Shown piece by piece: positions 54,748 through 63,695 of a stretch of 64,000 nt of DNA. Within the stretch, counting starts at the first letter, position 1, and each line of letters begins with the position of its first letter. The translations under genes and the position numbers were made by a program. The stretch lies in contig OZ252220.1 of the NCBI GenBank assembly GCA_965249135.1, positions 544,001 through 608,000 of the forward strand, read 5' to 3'. Under the pieces are notes generated by a model, which was not told the origin of the DNA, did not search any database, and saw nothing but the letters and a program-made list of their open reading frames with translations. The stretch is from Alphaproteobacteria bacterium. Its GTDB lineage: Bacteria; Pseudomonadota; Alphaproteobacteria; GCA-2746255.

Positions 54748-55392
54748 TCAGGACGCGAGCGGCGAGCCCGGCGGCTCGTCAATGGGCGCGGCCGGCGACC
54801 GTGGCGCTCCCTTCTCCAGCCAGGGGAACTGTGTCTCGACCCATTCCGCCCGTTTCAACCAGCGATCCAAGGCCGACATCGTTCTTGCCTGGTCCTCCGT
54901 CTCGTCGGCGAGCCAGATTTGCAGCACGCCGAAATAGAGTGCTGCCAATCCCTTCACGCGCAGCGCGCCGTGCAGGCCGGCCGTCGAAATACCGGCCCCT
55001 TCCAGCATCCACGCCATCGAGACGAAATAGCGGCGCGCGCCCATGCCAAGGGCCATCGGATCGAAGGCCGCATCCTTCAGCACGGCAGCGATTCCTTCCT
55101 TATGGGGACGGAGCGCATCGAAGCGCCGCATGAGCAGGTCGAACAGCCGATCGCGCAGGGATTCTTGCGCCATCTCCTCCTCAAGACCTTCCAGCACTTC
55201 CGCATCGATGCTGCGCACGAACCCATCGAGGATCGCTTCGCGCGACAGATACTCCTTGTAGAGTTCCGAAAGCGAGACGTTCGTACGAAGCGCGATGTCG
55301 TGAAGGGAGACGTTCCGCCAGCTCTTCTCGGCCGCCAGTTCCAGGGCAGCCGTGGCCACGGCTCTCTCTTTTTCTGTTTTCTTCCCCGCCAT
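54748..55392 (-). CDS. TetR-fold protein
   Basis: ALELAAEKSWRNVSLHDIA HTH; RDRLFDLLMRRFDAL; ARTMSALDRWL. Confidence 0.8.
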   Translation of the reverse strand: MAGKKTEKERAVATAALELAAEKSWRNVSLHDIALRTNVSLSELYKEYLSREAILDGFVRSIDAEVLEGLEEEMAQESLRDRLFDLLMRRFDALRPHKEGIAAVLKDAAFDPMALGMGARRYFVSMAWMLEGAGISTAGLHGALRVKGLAALYFGVLQIWLADETEDQARTMSALDRWLKRAEWVETQFPWLEKGAPRSPAAPIDEPPGSPLAS

Positions 55393-55400
55393 CCCCGCGC

Positions 55401-56093
55401 TCACTTCTTCCAGGCCTTCGGCTTCCACTCATCGGCGAGCTTCTTCGCAAGCTCGATTTGCGCCGGCACCATCTCTTCCGACGCCTTTGTCAGGTTCTTC
55501 ATCTCCTGCTTTCGGTCCTCGCTGGGTGGAAAGCTCTGCGCCGCAAGGGTAAACCATTTATAGGCCTGAATGAGGTTTGTTTGCGTGCCCAAGCCAAGGG
55601 CGTGCATGGCGCCCAGATTGCTCTGGGCCTTCGCGTGGCCCTGTTCGGCCGCCAGGCGGAACCACTGAAGCGCCTCCCGGTCGTTCTGTTGGATCGGGCC
55701 CCGGCCGAGCGAATAGAGAAGGCCGAGATTGTATTGGGAACTTGGATTGCCTTGAGCCGCGGCGAGTTGGTACCAATTCATCGCCTCGGCGATGTCGCGT
55801 TCGACGCCTTCCCCATTCTCATAAGAAATCCCCAGATTGTGCTGGGCGTGCATGTGGCCCTGCTCGGCGGCGCGACGGTACCAGGCGACGGCCTTCGTAT
55901 CGTCTTCTTCAAGTTCCTCGCCGGTATCGAAGACAACGGCCAACGCATATTGCGCCTTCGCATCCCCCTTCTTCGCCTTTTTCACCAGCCCCTCGATCCC
56001 GCCCATGTCGAACCAGAGCAGCCCGCCAAGGCCGAGGGCGGCAAGGACAAGAAGGCCGATCAGGCCACGCAGCAATTTGTGTTGCGGTGTCAT
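55401..56093 (-). CDS. Sel1-repeat protein with N-terminal TM anchor
   Basis: About four Sel1 repeats (AQYAL..., AQHNLG, SQYNLG, AQSNLG; WYRRAAEQG) and AYKWFTLAA. Confidence 0.88.
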   Translation of the reverse strand: MTPQHKLLRGLIGLLVLAALGLGGLLWFDMGGIEGLVKKAKKGDAKAQYALAVVFDTGEELEEDDTKAVAWYRRAAEQGHMHAQHNLGISYENGEGVERDIAEAMNWYQLAAAQGNPSSQYNLGLLYSLGRGPIQQNDREALQWFRLAAEQGHAKAQSNLGAMHALGLGTQTNLIQAYKWFTLAAQSFPPSEDRKQEMKNLTKASEEMVPAQIELAKKLADEWKPKAWKK

Positions 56094-56224
56094 GGGTGAG
56101 CAAAATATTGGGTCAGGACACGCCGTCGGCAATCCGTGATCCCGGAATCATACAGGAAATCGCAACCCCGCCCTTAAGAAATTGATGGCTTGATCCATGC
56201 GTCCTTTCCGACCCATAAAAAGCC

Positions 56225-56665
56225 ATGGAGAGCATGAAGGTTGCCTATGGCGTCGCCATCGAGGAGGTGGATGGGCGCTTTGTCGTCACCTATCCGGACT
56301 TTCCGGAGGCGCGCGCCGAGGCGGCAAATTTCAGCGCTGCCTTCGATGCCGCGACCCATTGCCTCGAGGAGACGATGGCCGTACGCATCCGAAAGGGCGA
56401 GGCAATTCCCGCTCCTTCTCTCATCCTGGGCTGCAAGGTGACGCCCGGGCCTCGGATCACCTCGAAGGCAATCCTGCACACGGTCCTTCGCGACACCGGC
56501 GAGACGGTGGCGAGCCTGGCGGCAAAACTAGAAAAGGACGAGGCCCATATTCGCGAGCTTCTCGATCCCGATCACGCGACGGACCCGGGCGAGCTCAGCG
56601 CCGCCATCGGTGCACTCGGCATCCAGCTCCGTATGGCCGCCTGCTCGATCCGGGTCGGCGGCTGA
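56225..56665 (+). CDS. HicB-family antitoxin with C-terminal HTH
   Basis: FVVTYPDFPEA...EAIPAPS HicB core, followed by LAAKL...IRELLDPDH HTH. Confidence 0.75.
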   Translation: MESMKVAYGVAIEEVDGRFVVTYPDFPEARAEAANFSAAFDAATHCLEETMAVRIRKGEAIPAPSLILGCKVTPGPRITSKAILHTVLRDTGETVASLAAKLEKDEAHIRELLDPDHATDPGELSAAIGALGIQLRMAACSIRVGG

Positions 56666-56676
56666 CCCTAAAAATC

Positions 56677-57327
56677 TTAGAAGCGATAGGCCAGCCCGAA
56701 GCCGATGAGCCAGGGGTCGATGTCGACCTCGGTCCTGATCGTGCCGCCGTTGATCGAAACGTCCGTGCTCAGAAAGATCTTCTTCACATCGAAATTGATG
56801 GCCCAGTGCTCGTTGAAGCCGAACTTCTCGAGACCGATATCGATCCCGGCCTGAAGCGCAAAACAAAAGGAATTGTCGTATTTGATCGAATTGATCGACA
56901 CTCCCTTCTTCGCATCGAAGAAGACCGTGTAGTTCACGCCGGCGCCCACATAGGGCCGGTAGGTGTCGTTCGGCGAGATGTGATATTGCAGCGTCAGTGT
57001 CGGCGGCAGCAGAAACACATCGCCCAGATCCAGGCTGCCGAGCGAGGTGTTCTCGCCCCGCGTATTGTGGGGGGTTATCACCGCGATCAGTTCCGCCGCC
57101 CAGTATTCGGCGATGAAGTAGGTGATATCGATCTCCGGCACGACGGCGTTGCCGAGCGTCGCCTCGCCCCCGATGGCGGTGATGGTCGACGAATCCTCGG
57201 TCGGCGCGACGACAAGGGTGCGAAGCCGGACCTGCCAATCGCCGGCCTCGGCGAAGGCCGATGCGGGCGCCAGCATCAGCATTGCGAAGAGCACAAGCGG
57301 GCCCAGAATCAAGGCGTAGTGTTTCAT
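56677..57327 (-). CDS. ompW: OmpW-family outer membrane protein
   Basis: Signal peptide, PEIDITYF, LPPTLTLQYH, RPYVGAGVNY, IDPW and terminal YRF. Confidence 0.92.
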   Translation of the reverse strand: MKHYALILGPLVLFAMLMLAPASAFAEAGDWQVRLRTLVVAPTEDSSTITAIGGEATLGNAVVPEIDITYFIAEYWAAELIAVITPHNTRGENTSLGSLDLGDVFLLPPTLTLQYHISPNDTYRPYVGAGVNYTVFFDAKKGVSINSIKYDNSFCFALQAGIDIGLEKFGFNEHWAINFDVKKIFLSTDVSINGGTIRTEVDIDPWLIGFGLAYRF

Positions 57328-57636
57328 CGTCTCCTCCATTGCGCAACCGCAGACCATTGATATCGGCTGCTTCGTTTCCGCGTGGACGTATTGAGACGCG
57401 ATCAAAACCGTGATGCCGTTAATGAAAGGTTAGCCGTAACGTCGTGTGCGCAAAATTTGTCTTTCGTATGCATACGATCGTCTTAAACGGAATACCGTTG
57501 CATGCGAAAAACTTTACGAACGCGAACTAGAATTAATTCGCCCGTCGTATCGAAGGTAAGAAGGACGGAGAAGGGACTGGTCTTGAAGAACTAGGCCTTA
57601 ACTATTTTATTTAACTTTAACGTGTATCGGACCGAG

Positions 57637-58125
57637 CTATGATCCACTACGTTCTTTATTGACAACTCTCCATGACCAGCGGGTTGTCAAAATAAGCGGA
57701 ACAAGAATCATCAAGTAAGCAAAATATATTATAGGTGTTGCGGCAAAAGGGAACCTATCATTGAACCTATTTTCTATCATGGTGCTGATGTACAGTTCAG
57801 GCTGCGTTTTCTCGATCAGTATTAAGGCGTCCACCGCCCCTCTTAACAGCTTATTGTAGTAGCCTAAGTCTAAATACGCCGCTGCAAATAAGATGACAAG
57901 CAAACCTGTTGAGAGCCAAGCTCGGAGGCTGTGACGTCTAGAAATGTCGTCAATCTTGCTTCCCAGATAAGCTAAAATCCCCCCGATAGCGCCCGCACCG
58001 CCCATTAGTTGAAGACGATACTGGATAATAAGCTCGTTAAAGTGCATTGCGATTTCTTCGTAGTGCCGCCAAAGATCAAGGGTTTGTTGTACGCTGATCC
58101 CGGCAATATCTGTTGCGCCCATCAT
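57637..58125 (-). CDS. Low-GC hypothetical membrane protein (about 3 TM)
   Basis: 162-aa ORF with AT-rich codons, visibly unlike its neighbours; three hydrophobic segments. Confidence 0.7.
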   Translation of the reverse strand: MMGATDIAGISVQQTLDLWRHYEEIAMHFNELIIQYRLQLMGGAGAIGGILAYLGSKIDDISRRHSLRAWLSTGLLVILFAAAYLDLGYYNKLLRGAVDALILIEKTQPELYISTMIENRFNDRFPFAATPIIYFAYLMILVPLILTTRWSWRVVNKERSGS

Positions 58126-58184
58126 GACGGTAAGCCTTTTGTTTGGTTTTACGCACAGAACAAAGTCACTGAACCCCGAAAAGA

Positions 58185-58260
58185 TGGTAGCGGAGGAGGG
58201 ACTTGAACCCCCGACACAAGGATTATGATTCCTCTGCTCTACCGACTGAGCTACTCCGCC
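58185..58260 (-). tRNA. tRNA-Met(CAT), elongator type
   Basis: GGCGGAGTAGCTCAGTCGGTAGAGCAGAGGAAT-CAT-AATCCTTGTGTCGGGGGTTCAAGTCCCTCCTCCGCTACCA; lacks the initiator C1:A72 mismatch and the three G-C anticodon-stem pairs. Confidence 0.92.
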
Positions 58261-58315
58261 GAAACCGTCATTCTATTCAAGATCGCCGTTTGATGGGGGG
58301 AAAGGAGGCCGCTTG

Positions 58316-59443
58316 TCAAGCCGCCGCCGTCGCGTCCTCAGGCTTGGCCTCGGCGCGCGCGATCCAACCGCCGCCAAGCACGCGTGCGCCCCGATAGAAG
58401 ACGCAGGCCTGGCCCGACGAGACGCCGAATTCGGGCTTAAATAACGTCACCTCCGCCCGGCGCGCCTCCCCCATGACAAGCCGGGCCGGCTGAGGCGTTT
58501 GCGTCGAGCGGATCTTGACCTCGCAATCACACCCCGCTTCGCCAAGCGCCGCACTACCCAACCAGTTTACGTCGCGCAAAAAAATCCTCGTGGCGGCCAG
58601 GGCGGACCGAGGCCCGACGATGAGGCGGCTTGTCGCCGCCTCCACCTTCACTACATAAAGGGGCTCCGGGCCGCTCACGCCCAATCCCCGCCGCTGGCCG
58701 ACCGTGTAATGAAGGATCCCCCGATGGCGGCCAAGTACGTGGCCCGTTTGATCCACGATATCGCCTTCCCGCGCCGCCTCGGGCCGCAATTGCTCGACGA
58801 GCCGCCCATAGCGCCCGTCGGGTACGAAGCAGATGTCCTGGCTGTCCGGCTTTTCCGCAACCTTAAGGCCGAAACGGCGCGCAAGTTCCCGCGTCTCCCC
58901 CTTCTCAAAGTCGCCTAAGGGAAAACGCAGATAGTCGAGCTCGTCTTGCGTTGTCGCGAAGAGAAAATAGCTTTGATCGCGATTCCGATCCTTCGCCCGG
59001 TGAAGCTCAGGCCCCTCCCTTCCCTCGATGCGGCGCACGTAATGGCCGGTGGCAAGGGCGCTCGCCTGCAGGTCCTTTGCCGTTGCCAGAAGATCGCGGA
59101 ACTTCACCTTCTGATTGCAAAGGACGCAAGGGATCGGCGTTTCGCCTGCCGCATAGCTTGCCGCGAACTTCTCGACGACGTTTTCCCGGAAACGGTTTTC
59201 ATAGTTGAAGACGTAGTGGGGAATACCAAGCAGGGAAGCCACGCGCTTCGCGTCGTAAATGTCTTGCCCTGCGCAACAGGTCTTCGAGCGGTGCGTCGCC
59301 TTCCCCTGATCGTAAAGGCGAAGCGTGATCCCGACGACGTCGAAGCCCTGCTCCTTCAGAAGCGCCGCCGTGACGGAACTGTCGACGCCGCCCGACATGG
59401 CGACGACGATCCGCTTCCCCGCACCCTTCCCGCTCGGCGTCAT
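58316..59443 (-). CDS. mnmA: tRNA 2-thiouridine(34) synthase
   Basis: AMSGGVDS PP-loop, PCVLCN, ATGHY, DQSYFL, DSQDICF and GQACVFY motifs. Confidence 0.95.
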   Translation of the reverse strand: MTPSGKGAGKRIVVAMSGGVDSSVTAALLKEQGFDVVGITLRLYDQGKATHRSKTCCAGQDIYDAKRVASLLGIPHYVFNYENRFRENVVEKFAASYAAGETPIPCVLCNQKVKFRDLLATAKDLQASALATGHYVRRIEGREGPELHRAKDRNRDQSYFLFATTQDELDYLRFPLGDFEKGETRELARRFGLKVAEKPDSQDICFVPDGRYGRLVEQLRPEAAREGDIVDQTGHVLGRHRGILHYTVGQRRGLGVSGPEPLYVVKVEAATSRLIVGPRSALAATRIFLRDVNWLGSAALGEAGCDCEVKIRSTQTPQPARLVMGEARRAEVTLFKPEFGVSSGQACVFYRGARVLGGGWIARAEAKPEDATAAA

Positions 59444-59447
59444 CGAA

Positions 59448-59783
59448 CTAGCCTCCATCGTAAAAATCCGTCGTTTTCTCCGGCAGCGTCATCGTAAGCC
59501 CGCCCAAGCCTTTCGTCATCCGGATCTGGCAGCTGAGGCGCGAGGTTTTCGTGACCCCGATGGCAAGGTCGAGCATGTCCTCTTCGTCTTCCGTCGCCGC
59601 ATCGAGCAGCTCGTAATAGCCCCGCTCCACGATCACGTGGCAGGTCGAGCAGGAAAGCGAGCCATCGCACGTCCCTTCGATCGGCACGTCGTTCGCGTGC
59701 GCGATCTCGAGGATCGACTGCCCGAGTGGCACCTCCACTTCCTGGCGCTTCCCGTCCGGGTAGATGAACGTCATCTTCGGCAT
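59448..59783 (-). CDS. fdx: Adrenodoxin-type [2Fe-2S] ferredoxin
   Basis: CDGSLSCSTCHV, EEDMLD and SRLSCQ. Confidence 0.93.
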   Translation of the reverse strand: MPKMTFIYPDGKRQEVEVPLGQSILEIAHANDVPIEGTCDGSLSCSTCHVIVERGYYELLDAATEDEEDMLDLAIGVTKTSRLSCQIRMTKGLGGLTMTLPEKTTDFYDGG

Positions 59784-59858
59784 TCGCATGCGGCTCCCGC
59801 TTGACCCATTGGGCCCCTTAGATAGAAAGAACGGAAGGAAATGTCGAGGGGCCTTGGC

Positions 59859-61052
59859 TCAGTTTGCTGCCGCCGGTTCAAGGCTTTGCGCGAGGCCGGG
59901 GCTGCGTAGTTTCTCGACCTTCTCGGCGAAGGCCTCGATCGCGTAGTCGATTTCGGCCCCAGTCGTGAAACGGCCAAGCCCAATACGGATGGAGGCGCGC
60001 GCCAACGCATCCTCGACGCCTAAGGCCTCCAGCACATAGGAAGATTCAAGGGAGGCCGAACTGCAGGCAGCCCCTGTCGAAAGGGCAAGGTCGCGCAGCT
60101 CCATCATCAGCGTCTCGCTGTTGACACCGGCGAAGCTCAAATTCAAATTGCCGGGCGCGCGCGCATCCAGCGATCCGTTCACGGTGACCCCTTCGGTGCG
60201 CGCGCGGATTCCATCGAGCAGCCGGGCGCGAAGCCCGAGCAGCCGTTTCGTCTCTTCCTCTCTTTCCGCCATGGCGATCGCCGCCGCTTGGCCTAGACCG
60301 ACGCAAAGGGCCGTCGGCAAGGTGCCGGCGCGCAAGCCCTGCTCCTGGCCGCCGCCGCTGAAAAGCGGCTCGAGGCGGACGCGCGGTTTGGCTCGTACGT
60401 AAAGGGCGCCGATCCCCTTCGGCCCATAGAGTTTGTGAGCGGAAATGCTCACCAGATCGGCCTTCGCCGCCGCGACGTCGAAATCCATCTTGCCGATGGC
60501 CTGGGCTGCGTCCGTGTGGAAGAAGCAGCCCCGCTCCCGGCAGATGGTGCCGATTTCGTTCACCGGCTGGATGACGCCGATCTCGTTGTTCACGGCCATG
60601 ATGGAGACAAGCGCCGTTCTTTCCGTGATCGCTTCGCTGAGTGCTTCGAGATCGATCAACCCTTCCCGGTTCACGCCGAGGAAAGTAACGTCGATGCCTT
60701 CGCGCATCAAATCGCGCGCACTTTCGATGACGCATGTGTGTTCCGTCAGACAGGTGATCAGATGATTCTTTTTCTTTTTATAGAAGCGAAGCACGCCCTT
60801 GATCGCCAAATTGTTCGATTCGGTGGCGCCTGAGGTAAACACGATCTCCTTTGCATCCGCGCCGATCGCATCTGCTACCTGTTCACGGGCCTTTTCCACC
60901 GCGGCTTCCGATTCCCAGCCGAAGGCATGGGTGCGCGAGTGCGCGTTTCCGAATTTATCGGTGAAGAAGAGCAGCATCGCCTCAACGACTCGTGGATCGA
61001 CCGGCGTCGTCGATTGGTTGTCGAGATAGATGGGAAGCTTGAGCTTGGTCAT
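59859..61052 (-). CDS. iscS: Cysteine desulfurase IscS
   Basis: [28 protein letters not shown] and STGAACSS. Confidence 0.9.
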   Translation of the reverse strand: MTKLKLPIYLDNQSTTPVDPRVVEAMLLFFTDKFGNAHSRTHAFGWESEAAVEKAREQVADAIGADAKEIVFTSGATESNNLAIKGVLRFYKKKKNHLITCLTEHTCVIESARDLMREGIDVTFLGVNREGLIDLEALSEAITERTALVSIMAVNNEIGVIQPVNEIGTICRERGCFFHTDAAQAIGKMDFDVAAAKADLVSISAHKLYGPKGIGALYVRAKPRVRLEPLFSGGGQEQGLRAGTLPTALCVGLGQAAAIAMAEREEETKRLLGLRARLLDGIRARTEGVTVNGSLDARAPGNLNLSFAGVNSETLMMELRDLALSTGAACSSASLESSYVLEALGVEDALARASIRIGLGRFTTGAEIDYAIEAFAEKVEKLRSPGLAQSLEPAAAN

Positions 61053-61076
61053 CTTACGTTTCGCGCCTGTCACTCT

Positions 61077-62201
61077 TTAAGCGGCCGATACCTTGCGATC
61101 GCGGGTCCGCGTATAAAGGGATTCCCACACCTTCAGGAAGCCTGCGATGTCGTCGGCCCGGCTGTCCCAGCCGAGACTGATACGGATCGCCGTGTCGGCT
61201 GCCGCCTTTTCCACCCCCATCGCCAGCAGCACATGGGACGGGTCCACCTTGCCCGACGAGCACGCCGAGCCGGCGCTCACCGCAAAACCGGCAAGATCGA
61301 ACGCCACGAGCTGGGTTTCCGACGAAACCCCCGGCATCGAAACCAGGCTCGTGTTTGAAACGCGCGGCGCGGCGTTTGCGAAAATGGTCGCCTCCTCCGC
61401 AATGCGGCGGATCCCGGCTTCCAGCCGGTCGCGCAAGACCTCGAGCCTCCGGAAATCTTCAAGCCCTTCGGCGGCAATCTCGGCCGCCGCGCCAAAGCCG
61501 ATGATCCCCGGCACGTTCTCCGTTCCCGGCCGACGGCCCCGTTCCTGCCCGGCGCCGGCGGTCGGCACCGCGTAAGGCGCATCGGGCCCAAGGATGAGCG
61601 CGCCCACCCCCATCGGCCCGCCGAGCTTGTGGGCGGAAAGCGTCAGGTAATCGGCACCCAACGCACCTACGTCGATCGCCGCCTTGCCGGCCGCCTGAAC
61701 GGCATCCGAAAGAAGGCGCGAGCCATGGGCGTGAACGATCTTTGCTGCATTCGCGACGGGCGCAATCACGCCGGTTTCGTTGTTCACCGCCATGATGGAG
61801 ACCAGCGCAGGCGTTGAATCCGCACTCAGTATCGCTGCCAAGGCTTTCAGGTCTGCGATGCCGTTCCCATCCACCGGCACGATTTCTGCGTCGATCGCTG
61901 CGTTTCGAATCGAATCGTGCTCGACGGCCGAGATCAGATGGCGCTGAACACCTGCACCCCGAAGCGCCAGATGATTGGCCTCCGTGCCGCCGCTCGTGAA
62001 GACGACCTGTTCCGGGCTCGCATGGACAAGCCTTGCGACCTTCTCACGGGCGGCCTCCACTTCGTCACGAATGGCCCGGCCGAAACGGTGGATCGAGGAA
62101 GGGTTGCCGACCCCTTCGAGCGCTCGCCCGACGGCTTCCCGTACGGCCGGTTTGATCGGCGCCGTCGCGTTGTAGTCGAGATATGTGGCGATTTCCGCCA
62201 T
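61077..62201 (-). CDS. Cysteine desulfurase (NifS/IscS-like second copy)
   Basis: YLDYNAT, SGGTEAN, SAHKLGGP and SAGSACSSG. Confidence 0.9.
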   Translation of the reverse strand: MAEIATYLDYNATAPIKPAVREAVGRALEGVGNPSSIHRFGRAIRDEVEAAREKVARLVHASPEQVVFTSGGTEANHLALRGAGVQRHLISAVEHDSIRNAAIDAEIVPVDGNGIADLKALAAILSADSTPALVSIMAVNNETGVIAPVANAAKIVHAHGSRLLSDAVQAAGKAAIDVGALGADYLTLSAHKLGGPMGVGALILGPDAPYAVPTAGAGQERGRRPGTENVPGIIGFGAAAEIAAEGLEDFRRLEVLRDRLEAGIRRIAEEATIFANAAPRVSNTSLVSMPGVSSETQLVAFDLAGFAVSAGSACSSGKVDPSHVLLAMGVEKAAADTAIRISLGWDSRADDIAGFLKVWESLYTRTRDRKVSAA

Positions 62202-62236
62202 CCGATTGCTGGGGTTCCGAAAAGGTATGCTTAAGT

Positions 62237-62743
62237 TTATTCCACCGCCTGCTTCAGCTTGACGACGGCGGCAATGGGCTGCTTTTTATCCTCGGCGGCG
62301 GCTTCCCGATGAATCTTGCCACTCATGCCAAGCACGCGTTCCTCGCACACATCGGCCAACGAAACCGAACTCAGGAAAAGATGGATATGGTTGCCAAGCT
62401 CATCCCACAGGTCGTGGGTGATGCAACGGCCCAGGTCCGTCCGGCAGCCCGACGGCGAGCCAAGCTTGCAACGTGTGGCGCGGATCGGCTCATCGACCGC
62501 AAGGATGATGTCCGAGATTCGGGTCTGCTCTCTCGGATGCGCCAGCAGATAGCCGCCACCCGGACCACGCACGCTGCGCACGAGGCCGGCGCGGCGCAGC
62601 TTGCCGAAAAGCTGTTCAAGATAGGAGAGGGAAATTTCCTGACGGGCCGCAATCTCGGCCAGCGCGATCGGAGAACCTGCGTTGTAGCGGGCAAGGTCGA
62701 CCATCGCGGTCACGGCATAGCGGCCCTTCGTGCTTAGCTTCAT
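62237..62743 (-). CDS. iscR: Rrf2-family Fe-S regulator IscR
   Basis: MKLSTKGRYAV, SYLEQLF, RGPGGGY; three Cys plus His ligand pattern (C-x7-C-x6-C-xx-H). Confidence 0.88.
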   Translation of the reverse strand: MKLSTKGRYAVTAMVDLARYNAGSPIALAEIAARQEISLSYLEQLFGKLRRAGLVRSVRGPGGGYLLAHPREQTRISDIILAVDEPIRATRCKLGSPSGCRTDLGRCITHDLWDELGNHIHLFLSSVSLADVCEERVLGMSGKIHREAAAEDKKQPIAAVVKLKQAVE

Positions 62744-63459
62744 GACTGTTCTCCCGCCATCTTGCGCTTCACGGCCGTCGTTTCCTCCGCCTTAACCGTC
62801 GCATCGAGCTGGGCCTCCAGCTTGGCTACGCGATCGGCAAGGGCGTTCAGTTGGCCGTGCAGGCTGTCGATGGCGCCGATCGCCGGATCCGGCAGATTGG
62901 CGGACGGGGTTCCATAGGCGCAGAAGGTGTCCGCCTTGCTTTCTTCACGGGCCGCAACGATCCGTGCCGGTACGCCCACCATCGTGACGCCGCTTGGCAC
63001 GTCCTTCAGCACGACGGCGTTCGACCCGATGCGGGCCCCCCTGCCAACCATGACCGGCCCCAGGATCTGGGCTCCCGATCCGACGATGACGCCGTCTTCG
63101 AGGGTCGGATGGCGCTTGCCGCCCCCGTTCGACGTGCCGCCGAGCGTCACGCTGTGATAGAGGGTGACGTCGTCCCCGATTTCCGAGGTTTCGCCGATCA
63201 CCACCGACATCCCATGGTCGATGAAGAGGCGCTTGCCGATTCGCGCGGCCGGGTGGATCTCGACCCCCGTCAGCCAGCGGCCGATATGGGAAGAAAGCCG
63301 GCTCACGAAGCGAAACCCATGGTTCCACAACCAGTGGGAAAGGCGGTGAATCCGGACCGCATGAAAGCCCGGATAGGCGAAAACGACCTCGAGCCGCGAC
63401 CTGGCCGCGGGATCGCGGGCGATCATCGAGTCGATTTCATCAATCAAACTCTTGAACAT
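62740..63459 (-). CDS. cysE: Serine O-acetyltransferase
   Basis: RDPAARS, TGVEIHP, FIDHG, GVTLGG-like and KRHPTL hexapeptide motifs. Confidence 0.94.
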   Translation of the reverse strand: MFKSLIDEIDSMIARDPAARSRLEVVFAYPGFHAVRIHRLSHWLWNHGFRFVSRLSSHIGRWLTGVEIHPAARIGKRLFIDHGMSVVIGETSEIGDDVTLYHSVTLGGTSNGGGKRHPTLEDGVIVGSGAQILGPVMVGRGARIGSNAVVLKDVPSGVTMVGVPARIVAAREESKADTFCAYGTPSANLPDPAIGAIDSLHGQLNALADRVAKLEAQLDATVKAEETTAVKRKMAGEQS

Positions 63460-63566
63460 TGTTCGGCTCACTATGATATAGTGTGTTGTTATCCATCATA
63501 AATTCTAGCCCTTTGCCAGCCAGATTGATGGATTTCCAAATGCTTGCCGGTTACTCGAAATATAGT

Positions 63567-63591
63567 TTTCCCGAGTAATTTAATCAATTAT
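63567..63591 (-). promoter_or_regulatory. Type-1 IscR binding site upstream of cysE-iscR
   Basis: Minus strand ATAATTGATTAAATTACTCGGGAAA closely resembles the type-1 IscR operator of the E. coli isc promoter as I recall it (ATAGTTGACCAATTTACTCGGGAAT). Confidence 0.65.
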
Positions 63592-63614
63592 TTCCTCGAT
63601 GATCATCGAGGAAA
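63591..63614. repeat. Perfect 24-bp palindrome
   Basis: TTTCCTCGATGATCATCGAGGAAA is its own reverse complement. Confidence 0.85.
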
Positions 63615-63695
63615 AACAGGATTTTGGCAAAAATTGCTTAGAAATTAGGTCGGGTTTCTGGGTGCCCAACGGCCAACGGGATACGGGAGAGAAAC

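Noticed and set aside
57391-57405. FNR/FixK-like site TTGAG-ACGCG-ATCAA upstream of ompW
   Set aside because: Spacing is one base longer than TTGAT-N4-ATCAA; biologically plausible but not supportable as written.
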